Made by a program: the position numbers and the translations under genes. A stretch of DNA of 20,000 bases from an uncultured virus (IMG/VR IMGVR_UViG_3300030000_000004) (taxonomy: Duplodnaviria; Heunggongvirae; Uroviricota; Caudoviricetes), in IMG/VR virus record IMGVR_UViG_3300030000_000004, one strand, 5' to 3'. Positions 1 through 8,460 of this stretch are shown one piece after another. Numbering within the stretch: position 1 is the stretch's first letter; every line of letters begins with the position of its first letter. The notes below the pieces were generated by a model. That model had not been told where the DNA came from and ran no database searches. It saw only the letters and a program-made list of their open reading frames with translations.

Positions 1-1
1 A

Positions 2-406
2 GGATTTAAACGTGGTGATAAAACCCCAAAAAATGTCTTGGAGCTTGAACAATTTCATATTTCTGAATGTCGTAAATTGGGATATCCTTTAGTCAATAAA
101 GATAAAACTGAGAAGGCCTCTAAGGTTAAAACTCCTAAAGAAATTGTTCCCAAGATTGAGAAGGTAAAGGCACTACAAGGCGAAGGTAAGGGCGGGTGGG
201 CTGTACACCCTAATAATTATGGTACTGGTAAAATACTACGTTCTTATTTTGATGGTGTGTGGTGGACAGCTAAACATGATGATATTTTTGATGCCGTGAA
301 TACTTCACTTGCGAAAGGTGGGAAGAAAACTCTAATAGAAAATCCTAGACCGTTTTCATCTGGAACAGGACTTCGCGGTGGCGATAAGTATTGGACCAAA
401 GAATAA
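2..406 (+). CDS. Partial ORF (runs off the 5' edge); possible C-terminal part of a GIY-YIG-type nuclease with a Lys-rich tail
   Basis: Frame is open from position 2 to TAA at 404-406. LELEQFHISECRKLGYPLVN resembles the E...I...N end of the GIY-YIG core. The N-terminus is not visible. Confidence 0.4.
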   Translation, partial: GFKRGDKTPKNVLELEQFHISECRKLGYPLVNKDKTEKASKVKTPKEIVPKIEKVKALQGEGKGGWAVHPNNYGTGKILRSYFDGVWWTAKHDDIFDAVNTSLAKGGKKTLIENPRPFSSGTGLRGGDKYWTKE

Positions 407-407
407 T

Positions 408-917
408 ATGAAATTTGAATGTGATAAAGCGGAAGTAGAATTAAACATTTTAAGTTCTTACACGACAACGACTGATAAAGTTGCTGCCGCATTTGGTCGT
501 GCTGCTGAAAAACCAGCACTTAAAATTTTCAGCGATTTGACTGGAGTCGCTGTTAAAAAATTCAACTCACAATGGTTACCGGAACATTTTATATCTGTAT
601 TAGGGCAAAAATGTAAACATGATGGTCTCGGTTTTGATCCGGTGTCAGGAGAGTTTATTGGCCCAATTGAACACAAGTTAATAACTCATGGTGAAAAATT
701 TAATAAAACAGAAGTGCAACTTTCAAATGAAGAATTAAAAATATTCAATTTCTGTAAGGAAAAAGAACTGTGTTATTTGTTGGTGCTCTCAATCCAATTA
801 GGGTATGAATCTATGTCTTGTGATTATTTGGGATATCTTGATCTAACTCAACACCCAGATGTTATCATCGGAAAAACAATTACCATTTCTAAAGCAAGAC
901 CTCATTTAATTGTGTAA
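408..917 (+). CDS. Putative PD-(D/E)XK-fold nuclease (DUF3883/NOV-C-like pattern)
   Basis: ATG at 408 directly after the upstream stop. Motif order G-R-A-A-E ... H-D-G ... I-E-H-K ... L-S-N-E-E ... Y-L-L-V. Confidence 0.45.
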   Translation: MKFECDKAEVELNILSSYTTTTDKVAAAFGRAAEKPALKIFSDLTGVAVKKFNSQWLPEHFISVLGQKCKHDGLGFDPVSGEFIGPIEHKLITHGEKFNKTEVQLSNEELKIFNFCKEKELCYLLVLSIQLGYESMSCDYLGYLDLTQHPDVIIGKTITISKARPHLIV

Positions 918-941
918 TTTTATCAGGTTATAGGTTATAAT
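913..941 (+). promoter_or_regulatory. Sigma70-like phage early promoter (repeated cassette)
   Basis: TGTAAT-17 nt (contains CAGG)-TATAAT, followed by an AGAAAGTTCAAAATG leader. Confidence 0.75.
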
Positions 942-973
942 AACTCATCTTCAAATTATTCAGAAAGTTCAAA

Positions 974-1225
974 ATGAATTTCGAAAAATACGTAAACAAA
1001 GTTCCTTATGTCAATCGTAAAGATGATGCTGATGGTTATGCGCGCTATCAAGAAGGTGAACGTAAAGCCGGTGAAGACTTCAAAAAAGATCTTCTTGAAG
1101 AACTTGGTGTGACAGGACATCCTAAAGCAGACAAACTTTTCAGTCTTGCATGGGCTCATGGTCACTCTTCAGGTTACAGCGAAGTGTTTAGCTACGCAAG
1201 TGAATTCGTTGATCTGCTTTCCTAA
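974..1225 (+). CDS. Hypothetical phage protein (83 aa)
   Basis: ORF directly after the promoter cassette and AGAAAG motif. Confidence 0.75.
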   Translation: MNFEKYVNKVPYVNRKDDADGYARYQEGERKAGEDFKKDLLEELGVTGHPKADKLFSLAWAHGHSSGYSEVFSYASEFVDLLS

Positions 1226-1227
1226 TT

Positions 1228-1485
1228 ATGAAACGCTGCACAAATATCACCGGATGGACTGATTATCCATTCACTGAACTGGGCGATGTCCCATTCAAAC
1301 CTGCTCCAATTCGTCGAGTCAATGTCATCAGTTATGATGGCGACAAATATGCCAAAATCTCTTTCAAAGATCACGGTGACATTTTGGAAGTGAAAGCTGG
1401 GTATCTTTACCGTAAACCTGGTCGATGTGGTGATGTAGAATGCATCAGTCGCCGCAAACTTGAACGAATGATTAGTAAGGTGTAA
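1228..1485 (+). CDS. Hypothetical phage protein (85 aa)
   Basis: Starts 2 nt after the upstream stop, consistent with operon packing. Confidence 0.7.
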   Translation: MKRCTNITGWTDYPFTELGDVPFKPAPIRRVNVISYDGDKYAKISFKDHGDILEVKAGYLYRKPGRCGDVECISRRKLERMISKV

Positions 1486-1503
1486 TTTCAAATGGAGAAC
1501 AAA

Positions 1504-1650
1504 ATGGAACGCTCTTTCGGTTTTGATGATGTCAAATTTGACGATGCAAAGAATTCAAAAAACCCCAAGAAGATGAAACGAGAAGATGCAAAGTTTTCAA
1601 AGTTCAAGAAGACCCAGCGCCGGGTAGACAAACGTGCTCGCTATGACTGA
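1504..1650 (+). CDS. Small basic hypothetical protein (48 aa, MERSFGFDD...KRARYD); not in ORF track
   Basis: GGAG at 1494-1497, ATG 1504, TGA 1648-1650; fills the gap in the operon. Confidence 0.65.
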   Translation: MERSFGFDDVKFDDAKNSKNPKKMKREDAKFSKFKKTQRRVDKRARYD

Positions 1651-1753
1651 AGAAGAAATCAAAAAGCACAATGCAAAACACAAGAGGGATGGTTATCTCT
1701 TTTGGATAATTTGCATTATTTCTTTGCTTATTCTGGTAACGTGCTCAAGTTAA
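1643..1753 (+). CDS. Small single-TM membrane protein (36 aa, MTEEEIKK...YLFWIICIISLLILVTCSS); not in ORF track
   Basis: ATG overlaps the end of the upstream ORF; hydrophobic C-terminal stretch. Confidence 0.5.
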   Translation: MTEEEIKKHNAKHKRDGYLFWIICIISLLILVTCSS

Positions 1754-1764
1754 AAAGGTCCAAC

Positions 1765-1911
1765 ATGAAGAAGTGTTGCTTGATACTTATTACGCTGATG
1801 TTGATGGACTGTGAAGCCGGTCAAACTGAACAGCATAAACCATCTAAAAATGCTGATGACAATGTTCAGTGTCCAATTATCTGTTCACCTGTCAATCTAG
1901 TTGTGTTTTAG
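1765..1911 (+). CDS. Small hypothetical protein with signal-peptide-like N-terminus
   Basis: AAAGG upstream of ATG 1765; MKK followed by a hydrophobic run and Cys. Confidence 0.45.
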   Translation: MKKCCLILITLMLMDCEAGQTEQHKPSKNADDNVQCPIICSPVNLVVF

Positions 1912-1937
1912 TGGAACACAATTAATTTTCAAAACTA

Positions 1938-1979
1938 TGTGAAAATGCTCAGGTTAGTGTTATAATAACATCATACCAA
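1938..1979 (+). promoter_or_regulatory. Sigma70-like phage early promoter (repeated cassette)
   Basis: CAGG in the spacer, TATAAT at 1961, followed by AACATCATACCAA as in the copies at 15766 and 17768. Confidence 0.75.
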
Positions 1980-1990
1980 ATTAACTTGGA

Positions 1991-3544
1991 GTGATGATGA
2001 AATTCAATGCTACTGACTGGAAAGAACTTTCTGCTCAACAACAGTCGGTTATCTACTGGGTCCTAGAAGATACCGGTTCTCTCGAATTGATGGCCCGTGC
2101 TGGTTGCGGTAAAACGTACACCATCATGAAAATTGTAGATGCAATTGTCAAATTCAAACTCGGTGATATTGCCATCATGGCATATAACAAAGCAATCGCC
2201 GATGAACTGAAACTCAAACTTGAAAAAACCGGATACGATTGGCGTACAGCTCAAGCCGGAACAGTTCACTCATTTGGATATGGAGCTTGGAGAAAGATTG
2301 CTCCAAACGTTCAAATAGAAAACAAGAAAATGTACAACATCGTTAACGAATGTGGATTTGATAAAGGTGGGGATATCTTCATCTTTGCTTCTGAAGCAAT
2401 TGTTAAGCTCTGTGGATATGCCAAACAACGTGCAGTCGGTCATCTTTGTTCAATTGATGATGTGAGTGTTTGGAATGATATGTTTGATCATTTCGGTTTG
2501 GAAAACGATATCACAGAAGACATTGATGTTTCTGATGTTATTTCAGCAGCTCAACGTGCATATCGAATCTCTCTCAAACAATGTCGCGAAGTGATTGATT
2601 TTGATGACATGATTCTTGCCCCTCTGTATTACAAAGCTCGTTTCTGGCCTAAGGATTGGGTAGCAGTTGATGAATCGCAAGACACCAATCCTGCTCGCCG
2701 AGCTTTGGCATTGGCAATGTTGAAACCTCGTACTGGTCGTTTGGTTTCTGTTGGTGATAATCGGCAAGCAATTTACGGGTTTACCGGTGCTGATGCCGAT
2801 TCCATGAATCAAATGAAAATTGCTACTAATGCAAAAACGCTTCCACTCAACATGACTCGTCGATGCCCTAAAGCGGTGGTACGGGAAGCACAACGTTTGG
2901 TTCCAGATTTTACTGCACACGAAGATGCTCCTGAAGGTGTTGTTCGTTCTATTAAGTACATTGATCTTGCTGGTGAAAAGCTTGGTAAGACCGATGCAAT
3001 TCTTTGCCGAAACACTGCTCCACTTATTCAGACTGCATACTCTCTTATCTCAAAGGGAATTGCTTGCCGAGTTGAAGGTCGTGAAATCGGTACTGGATTG
3101 ATTAAACTTGCTAGCCGCTGGAAAATCAAAACCCTCGATCAACTATTGAACAAGCTTGAAGATTATCAAGTTCGCCAAACTGCAAAGTTTATGTCTAAGG
3201 GTCAAGAAGATCGTGTTGAAGGTCTTGTGGATCAAATTGATTGCTTGCGGGTTGTGATTGATCGTTGCTTGATTACAGGTAAGAAAACAATCGAAGCACT
3301 TGTTGATGAAATCAATTCTCTGTTTGGTACCACTAAGGATAACGAGGCTCCAAAGGTATTGACATTGAGCACTGGTCATAAGAGCAAAGGACGTGAATGG
3401 ACTCGTGTTTACCTTTTGGATCGTGCAAAATATCAACCGTCTCCATATGCAAAGAAAGAATGGCAACAAAACCAAGAAGCAAATCTGGAATACGTGATGA
3501 TCACCCGTGCAATGTCTGAATTGATCGACGTTGTGACAGAGTAA
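1991..3544 (+). CDS. Superfamily 1 UvrD/Rep-like DNA helicase
   Basis: Walker A ARAGCGKT, TVHSF, Walker B VDESQD, VGDNRQAIYGFTGA, RRCP, STGHKSKGREW, YVMITRA. True start may be the ATG at 1994 or 1997. Confidence 0.92.
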   Translation: MMMKFNATDWKELSAQQQSVIYWVLEDTGSLELMARAGCGKTYTIMKIVDAIVKFKLGDIAIMAYNKAIADELKLKLEKTGYDWRTAQAGTVHSFGYGAWRKIAPNVQIENKKMYNIVNECGFDKGGDIFIFASEAIVKLCGYAKQRAVGHLCSIDDVSVWNDMFDHFGLENDITEDIDVSDVISAAQRAYRISLKQCREVIDFDDMILAPLYYKARFWPKDWVAVDESQDTNPARRALALAMLKPRTGRLVSVGDNRQAIYGFTGADADSMNQMKIATNAKTLPLNMTRRCPKAVVREAQRLVPDFTAHEDAPEGVVRSIKYIDLAGEKLGKTDAILCRNTAPLIQTAYSLISKGIACRVEGREIGTGLIKLASRWKIKTLDQLLNKLEDYQVRQTAKFMSKGQEDRVEGLVDQIDCLRVVIDRCLITGKKTIEALVDEINSLFGTTKDNEAPKVLTLSTGHKSKGREWTRVYLLDRAKYQPSPYAKKEWQQNQEANLEYVMITRAMSELIDVVTE

Positions 3545-3556
3545 TTCTGACAACAG

Positions 3557-3585
3557 TTTTATTTGAATTGCCATCAATGTATAAT
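3557..3585 (+). promoter_or_regulatory. Probable sigma70-like promoter
   Basis: TTTTAT-17-TATAAT in the intergenic gap, followed by GGAG. Confidence 0.5.
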
Positions 3586-3609
3586 TAACTTTTAGATGGA
3601 GTATTGAAG

Positions 3610-3900
3610 ATGAAGATAACAAGTGCAAATGGGTTGACAGGAATGATTATCCACACGATGGGTAATTATTGGTTTCGTGTTACAGACAAAGATGGAACCT
3701 TTACTGATTATTCAATTCTGCATTGTGATCTCTGTGTCACGATCAATGATGAAGATGCATATCTATATGAGCGTAATGGACATGCACTTCTGGATCACAG
3801 CCCAGAAACTTTAGGCTTTAAAGAATACACGAGCCATCCAATTGCCATGGATGGAAGTGTTGATCTTTCTACCACACATAAAGATTTGAGCTCTTACTAA
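3610..3900 (+). CDS. Hypothetical phage protein
   Basis: GGAG 3598-3601 then ATG 3610. Confidence 0.7.
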   Translation: MKITSANGLTGMIIHTMGNYWFRVTDKDGTFTDYSILHCDLCVTINDEDAYLYERNGHALLDHSPETLGFKEYTSHPIAMDGSVDLSTTHKDLSSY

Positions 3901-3908
3901 GAAAGAAA

Positions 3909-4136
3909 ATGATGAAAGAAGTTAATACTGATGTTTTGGCAAATAGTCTAATCTTGGATCGGGCAAAAGTTAGACGTGAACAGTTCAACCCAAAATCACG
4001 AGTGCACCGTGCATCATTGAAGAATTTTCTGAATACTGGAAACTGGGGTGAAATTCAGTTTTATCCTGAGGCTCCTTATGTTTCGGTGCCAGAAACTGTA
4101 CTTCGAAAAATGTCAAGCTTCGCAGTATCAAAATAA
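3909..4136 (+). CDS. Hypothetical phage protein (75 aa)
   Basis: AGAAAG upstream; tight operon packing. Confidence 0.7.
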   Translation: MMKEVNTDVLANSLILDRAKVRREQFNPKSRVHRASLKNFLNTGNWGEIQFYPEAPYVSVPETVLRKMSSFAVSK

Positions 4137-4143
4137 AAGCTTA

Positions 4144-4653
4144 ATGAAAACTGAACTTAATAACAGAATTCTCTGGTTTGATGGTACCAATCAGGTCAAT
4201 CCTGAGGATGTTCCATCACTTCTATTATCAGGTGTTCCAATCGATAAGATTGCTGTCAACAACGATAATGAAGACATTAAGCTCTTCAATCTTTTAGAAG
4301 AAATAAGTATCAAGGCTGGCAAAGCTGAGAATGAACCATTCGATCTTGAATGGAATATTCCTGAAAAGTATAAGAAAATTGATTTGAATTTTTATCTCAT
4401 CGATTCTGTAAAGGATAGATCGGAAGAATATTTCATCAGGGCATCTGATGAAATGGTTGAGATTAGAAAAAGAAAATTAGAACCACTATTCCAAACACTC
4501 ATTTATGTGATTGATAAATTCAAAGAAGAGAATGTTGTTTGGGGTGTTGGTCGTGGATCATCATGTGCATGTCTAATTCTATTCTTGATGGGTGTACATC
4601 TTATTGATCCAGTGAAATATAAAATCCCTATGCATGAGTTTTTCCACGATTGA
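4144..4653 (+). CDS. dnaE: DNA polymerase III alpha (DnaE)-like protein, N-terminal palm fragment (169 aa)
   Basis: R...E...I helix, then WGVGRGSSCACLILFLMGVHLIDPVKY, which matches the DnaE GxGRGS...LxxYxLGITxxDPxxY motif. Ends where DnaE has FERFLN. The ATG at 4144 avoids overlap with the upstream gene. Confidence 0.8.
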   Translation: MKTELNNRILWFDGTNQVNPEDVPSLLLSGVPIDKIAVNNDNEDIKLFNLLEEISIKAGKAENEPFDLEWNIPEKYKKIDLNFYLIDSVKDRSEEYFIRASDEMVEIRKRKLEPLFQTLIYVIDKFKEENVVWGVGRGSSCACLILFLMGVHLIDPVKYKIPMHEFFHD

Positions 4654-4670
4654 TTACTGGCCGGGCAACG

Positions 4671-4678
4671 AATAAATA
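4671..4678 (+). promoter_or_regulatory. Possible T4-type late promoter (AATAAATA)
   Basis: One mismatch to TATAAATA; intergenic, upstream of the groES-containing cluster. Confidence 0.4.
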
Positions 4679-4711
4679 ATATTTATATCAAATATCATTT
4701 GGAGAAAAATT

Positions 4712-4996
4712 ATGGGTAAATTTGCACGCAGTGCTCGTGGTGATATGGTTGATTTCGATCTTCTATCAATCAAACAACAGTTAGCTATGACCCCTACTGC
4801 AGTGGGAGTAGATCAACGAAGAAAATTTGTTGATGAAAAGGATGGTATTCGTGTTAAAACCGAAATACCTAAAGAAGTAAAAATGGCATCCGCTTTAGCA
4901 ATGGCAGTTGCGGCAGTTAATGAATCCGCGGAAGCAGAGACATTTGATACTCCAGCCGTAAAAGCTAAACAATCAAAAAACATAAGGAATAAATAA
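4712..4996 (+). CDS. Hypothetical phage protein (94 aa)
   Basis: Strong GGAG RBS; immediately upstream of the groES-like gene. Confidence 0.8.
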   Translation: MGKFARSARGDMVDFDLLSIKQQLAMTPTAVGVDQRRKFVDEKDGIRVKTEIPKEVKMASALAMAVAAVNESAEAETFDTPAVKAKQSKNIRNK

Positions 4997-4997
4997 A

Positions 4998-5315
4998 ATG
5001 ACTCTACGTCCTCTAGGAAAATCTTTTCTGTTCAAGTTTTGTTCTGACACATATGGAGGAAAATTTGTTGAGAAAAATAGTGGGTTGATTGTTTTGACAA
5101 ATCAAGACCTCGATCAACAGGGAAAGTCTGCTCGATGGGGACAAGTAGTTGCCATTGGTGATAGGGTTGAAATGTTTAACGTTGGTGAATTCGTGCTTAT
5201 CGAAGCTCTTCAATGGACAACCGAAACTAAATTCGAAGGTGAAAAGTATTGGCGTTCTGATGAAGACAAAGTTATAGCAATTGGTGAAGATGAAAGTGTA
5301 ACTTACGCATACTAA
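4998..5315 (+). CDS. groES: GroES/Cpn10-like co-chaperonin
   Basis: LRPLG start, SGLIVL mobile-loop segment, GQVVAIG, VGEFVL, E-D-K-V-I-A-I end; 105 aa. Confidence 0.82.
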   Translation: MTLRPLGKSFLFKFCSDTYGGKFVEKNSGLIVLTNQDLDQQGKSARWGQVVAIGDRVEMFNVGEFVLIEALQWTTETKFEGEKYWRSDEDKVIAIGEDESVTYAY

Positions 5316-5317
5316 AA

Positions 5318-6478
5318 ATGTTTTTTAATTTTCTTGTTTTCTTATCGGCATTATTTCTAGAAGTAATCGGAACATGGGTCTCTGTTATAGGGCTCAGTTC
5401 CATTTTTTCTGGAAGTCCTGTTGTTATTGTTTTAGCTATCTGTTTGGATTTTGCTAAACTTGTTGCTGTGAGTTTCTTGTACAAATATTGGAAATCAATT
5501 AATCTTCTCATGAAGAGTTACATGACTTCGGCCACATTAGTTCTTATGCTTATTACTTCTGTTGGAGCATTTGGATTCTTGAGTAAGGAATTCCAACAAT
5601 CGATATCAGATACCAATACATCGGCCGTCATGATTAAATCTATGGCAGATGAACAAGTGAGATTACAATCAAGAAAATCTGAAATAGATTCACAAATTGC
5701 TAAGTTACCGGATAATATGGTAAAGGGTAGAACAGCTTTAATCAAGCAATTCGCTCCTGAAGTTGAACGTATCAATACTCGTTTGGTTGATATTGATAAG
5801 CAATTACCGTTGCTCAAAATCGAAACGATGCACAAAAGTGTTGAGGTCGGACCTATCATTTATGTTGCTCAAGCTTTCAACACTACACCGGAAGAAGCTG
5901 TTAAGTGGGTTATTTTGATTATCATCTTCGTGTTTGACCCATTAGCTATCACACTTCTTATTGCCGGAAATTTCTTATTGATACTAAGAGATAAAAAGGA
6001 AGTAGTAGAGAAGGTTTTGGAACCAATCAAAGAGACTCCTCCTGTTGTAATTACTCCTCTTGTTCCAGAAATTATTGAACCTAAAAATGAAATAGTATCG
6101 GTTTACACAGAGCCTCAACATGATGAAGATGTGGTGATATCTGTTACTCCTTTAGCAGATGCTGTGTATGGACCAGATTTACCAGTGGTGTCAAAAGTGT
6201 ATCAAGAAATTGTTCCAGAACCTGAACCAATTGTAGAAGCGGTAGTTGAAACTCCTGCTCCAATTCAAGAGGTGATAGAACCTACTGTAGAACCAGAAGT
6301 AGTTGAACCGGTTGCTGAGGTAGAACAGGAACCAGAACGTGAAATTATTCGTTTGAATGAAATCTTAAAACCTAAAGTAAAATCTACTTTAGAAGATATT
6401 CAAACAAATGCAGATGTTACTATGGCATTTGAATCCCACGGTGATCTCGATGTACTATCACAGTACAGCGTCAAATAA
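5318..6478 (+). CDS. Membrane protein: about 3 N-terminal TM segments, coiled coil, a further TM, then an acidic Pro/Glu/Val-rich tail
   Basis: Hydrophobic segments, heptad-like region and a low-complexity EP/VE-rich C-terminus. Confidence 0.8.
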   Translation: MFFNFLVFLSALFLEVIGTWVSVIGLSSIFSGSPVVIVLAICLDFAKLVAVSFLYKYWKSINLLMKSYMTSATLVLMLITSVGAFGFLSKEFQQSISDTNTSAVMIKSMADEQVRLQSRKSEIDSQIAKLPDNMVKGRTALIKQFAPEVERINTRLVDIDKQLPLLKIETMHKSVEVGPIIYVAQAFNTTPEEAVKWVILIIIFVFDPLAITLLIAGNFLLILRDKKEVVEKVLEPIKETPPVVITPLVPEIIEPKNEIVSVYTEPQHDEDVVISVTPLADAVYGPDLPVVSKVYQEIVPEPEPIVEAVVETPAPIQEVIEPTVEPEVVEPVAEVEQEPEREIIRLNEILKPKVKSTLEDIQTNADVTMAFESHGDLDVLSQYSVK

Positions 6479-6487
6479 ACTAAAAAG

Positions 6488-6516
6488 TTTACAATCAGTC
6501 TCTCAAAGTATACAAT
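6488..6516 (+). promoter_or_regulatory. Sigma70-like promoter upstream of the clamp loader
   Basis: (G)TTTACA-17-TACAAT; the -35 resembles the T4 early GTTTAC. Confidence 0.7.
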
Positions 6517-6546
6517 TAAGTATTAACTAACAATCTAATAAAATAT

Positions 6547-7455
6547 ATGAAATCTTCCATTTGGGTAGAGCGTTATCGTCCACGCACAATTTCCGAGGTT
6601 ATCTTCCAAGATACTCGTCAAGAAACCACATTTGAAAATATCATTAAAGATGGTATCATTCCTAATTTGTTATTGTCCGGTTTTCAAGGTACGGGCAAAA
6701 CAACTATCTCTAAAGTACTAATTAGAGAATTGAAGGTTGATCCAGCAGATGTTTTGCGTATCAATTGTTCTGATGAAAAGATTGATGCATTACGGAATAA
6801 AGTATCTGGCTTTGCGATGACGATGCCTATTGGTAAATTCAAAGTAGTGCAACTAGAGGAACTTGACTATTCATCTCTGGAAGGCTTTGCGTTACTCCGT
6901 GGACTCATTGAAGATACTTCTGCTACATGTCGTTTTATTGCTACGTGTAATTATGAAAACAAAATCATCCCACCATTGAAATCTCGTTTTCAACGATTCC
7001 ATTTTCAAGCTCCTGATAAAGAAAAGATTGCTGCTCGAATGGTAGAAATCCTTGATAAGGAAGAAGTGGATTATGATGCTGAAGATTTGTTGACATACAT
7101 CGATGTTGGTTATCCCGATATTCGTCAGACGATTCAGCTTCTTCAGAGCAATACACAGAACAAAAAACTACTTAGCCCATCAAATGCTTCATCTGAAAAT
7201 GATTGGAAATTTGGATTGCTTGATTGTTTGGTAAAAAATGATTGGGTAGCTGCTAGAAAATTGGTATGTACAAGTGCCTCACGAGAAGAACACCAAGACA
7301 TTTATACCTTCCTCTATCAAAATGTTGATAAGATGAAAACAGAAAATAAGGATGCGGTGATTGTCACATTGGCAGAATACATGTACAAGCATGCTTTGTG
7401 TTCAGACACTGAAATCAATCTTTCTGCATGTTTCATTGCTTTGAAGCAAATATGA
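6547..7455 (+). CDS. gp44: Sliding-clamp loader AAA+ ATPase subunit (T4 gp44/RFC-like)
   Basis: WVERYRP, Walker A GFQGTGKTT, INCSD, Walker B variant LEELD, FIATCNY, PPLKSRF. Confidence 0.92.
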   Translation: MKSSIWVERYRPRTISEVIFQDTRQETTFENIIKDGIIPNLLLSGFQGTGKTTISKVLIRELKVDPADVLRINCSDEKIDALRNKVSGFAMTMPIGKFKVVQLEELDYSSLEGFALLRGLIEDTSATCRFIATCNYENKIIPPLKSRFQRFHFQAPDKEKIAARMVEILDKEEVDYDAEDLLTYIDVGYPDIRQTIQLLQSNTQNKKLLSPSNASSENDWKFGLLDCLVKNDWVAARKLVCTSASREEHQDIYTFLYQNVDKMKTENKDAVIVTLAEYMYKHALCSDTEINLSACFIALKQI

Positions 7456-7646
7456 ACTGGTTGAAGCTTCTATTTAAAAAACTGTGTAGTCCATCTGTCA
7501 CTGAAAAAGACATAAAGGAATATGCAGATGCAATAGAAGCTTTGACTAGAATTAAATACAATGAAGAATTTAGGTTGGCATTTTTAATTGATCCCAATTG
7601 GGCATTAGCAAACGTTTGGGATCAATCTTTTGGAGTTACACGATGA
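7452..7646 (+). CDS. Hypothetical protein (64 aa)
   Basis: ATGA start/stop overlap with the clamp-loader gene. Confidence 0.55.
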   Translation: MNWLKLLFKKLCSPSVTEKDIKEYADAIEALTRIKYNEEFRLAFLIDPNWALANVWDQSFGVTR

Positions 7647-7984
7647 AAGAAATTTTATTTATTGATGAAGCAGATGAAGCAGAACATTTAGAATATTGTA
7701 AGTTCATGGATAATTTCGTGGGTCCTCGTCTCAGTATTTTCAAGATGACAGAAGAGGAACGCGCTCGCATAAGAGATTTAAATCCCCCTATAGTAACATG
7801 TTTACATTCAACCCGTTTGTATTTTGATTGGGGATGGAAAGCATGTGGTTATGGCCAGTTAAGTTTCGATTTGGAAAATGGTAAAATTACATGTGCTAAT
7901 GAAGCAATGAGTAAAGAAGCAGTGAGAACGTTAATGCGTGCTTATGTTGATTATTTGGTTGATAATTCGGAGTTTGATAGCTAA
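7643..7984 (+). CDS. Hypothetical protein (113 aa)
   Basis: GGAG RBS, ATGA overlap at 7643 and TAATG coupling to the next gene. Confidence 0.7.
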   Translation: MKEILFIDEADEAEHLEYCKFMDNFVGPRLSIFKMTEEERARIRDLNPPIVTCLHSTRLYFDWGWKACGYGQLSFDLENGKITCANEAMSKEAVRTLMRAYVDYLVDNSEFDS

Positions 7985-8460
7985 TGGCAGAATATAAACT
8001 AGACATCTTTGACACACTTGGTAAATTAAATTCCTCTAAATCAGGAGATATTTATTCTAAGTTGAGTGAGGATGAACGTAAAGGATTCTTTCCACTTATC
8101 GTAATGAGGTGGATGTCTGGTACTTCAGATGAACGTCAGATAATGATGTTGAATGAGTGTGCAAATAAATATGTATTCTCATTGGCAGAACATCCACATT
8201 TGTTGATGCAGCTTCTCCAGGTGGCATCATCTAAAACGAGTAAACGATATCAGTGGATTGGTATCAAGAGCAACACCAAAAAATCAGAATCTTTTAAAGT
8301 TGTTCAACAGTACTTTGAGATGTCTCATCGAGAAGTAAAAATGCTATCTCCATTTCCAAATGATACTGAAATCCTTCAAATGGCAGAAGAGTTAGGATAT
8401 ACAAAAGAAGAGCTGACAAAACTCAAAAAGGAATTTAAAGATGAAAAAATTCCCAAGTAA
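7984..8460 (+). CDS. Probable clamp-loader small subunit (T4 gp62-like)
   Basis: Size, position after the gp44-like gene, and the F-x-P-x-I-x-M-R-W-M-S, N-x-Y...HP-x-L, YQWI and VQQYF...S.RE patterns. Confidence 0.6.
   Translation: MAEYKLDIFDTLGKLNSSKSGDIYSKLSEDERKGFFPLIVMRWMSGTSDERQIMMLNECANKYVFSLAEHPHLLMQLLQVASSKTSKRYQWIGIKSNTKKSESFKVVQQYFEMSHREVKMLSPFPNDTEILQMAEELGYTKEELTKLKKEFKDEKIPK

Noticed and set aside
4048..4143. Longer start for the DnaE N-fragment given in the ORF track
   Set aside because: It overlaps the upstream gene by about 90 nt; ATG 4144 fits the operon packing better. The same reasoning was applied to the track starts at 378, 7428, 7598, 13913 and 18306.
6000..6360. Tandem DNA repeat in the membrane-protein gene
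   Set aside because: Only recurrent GAACC/CCAGAA words arising from Glu/Pro/Val-rich coding; no exact periodic unit.
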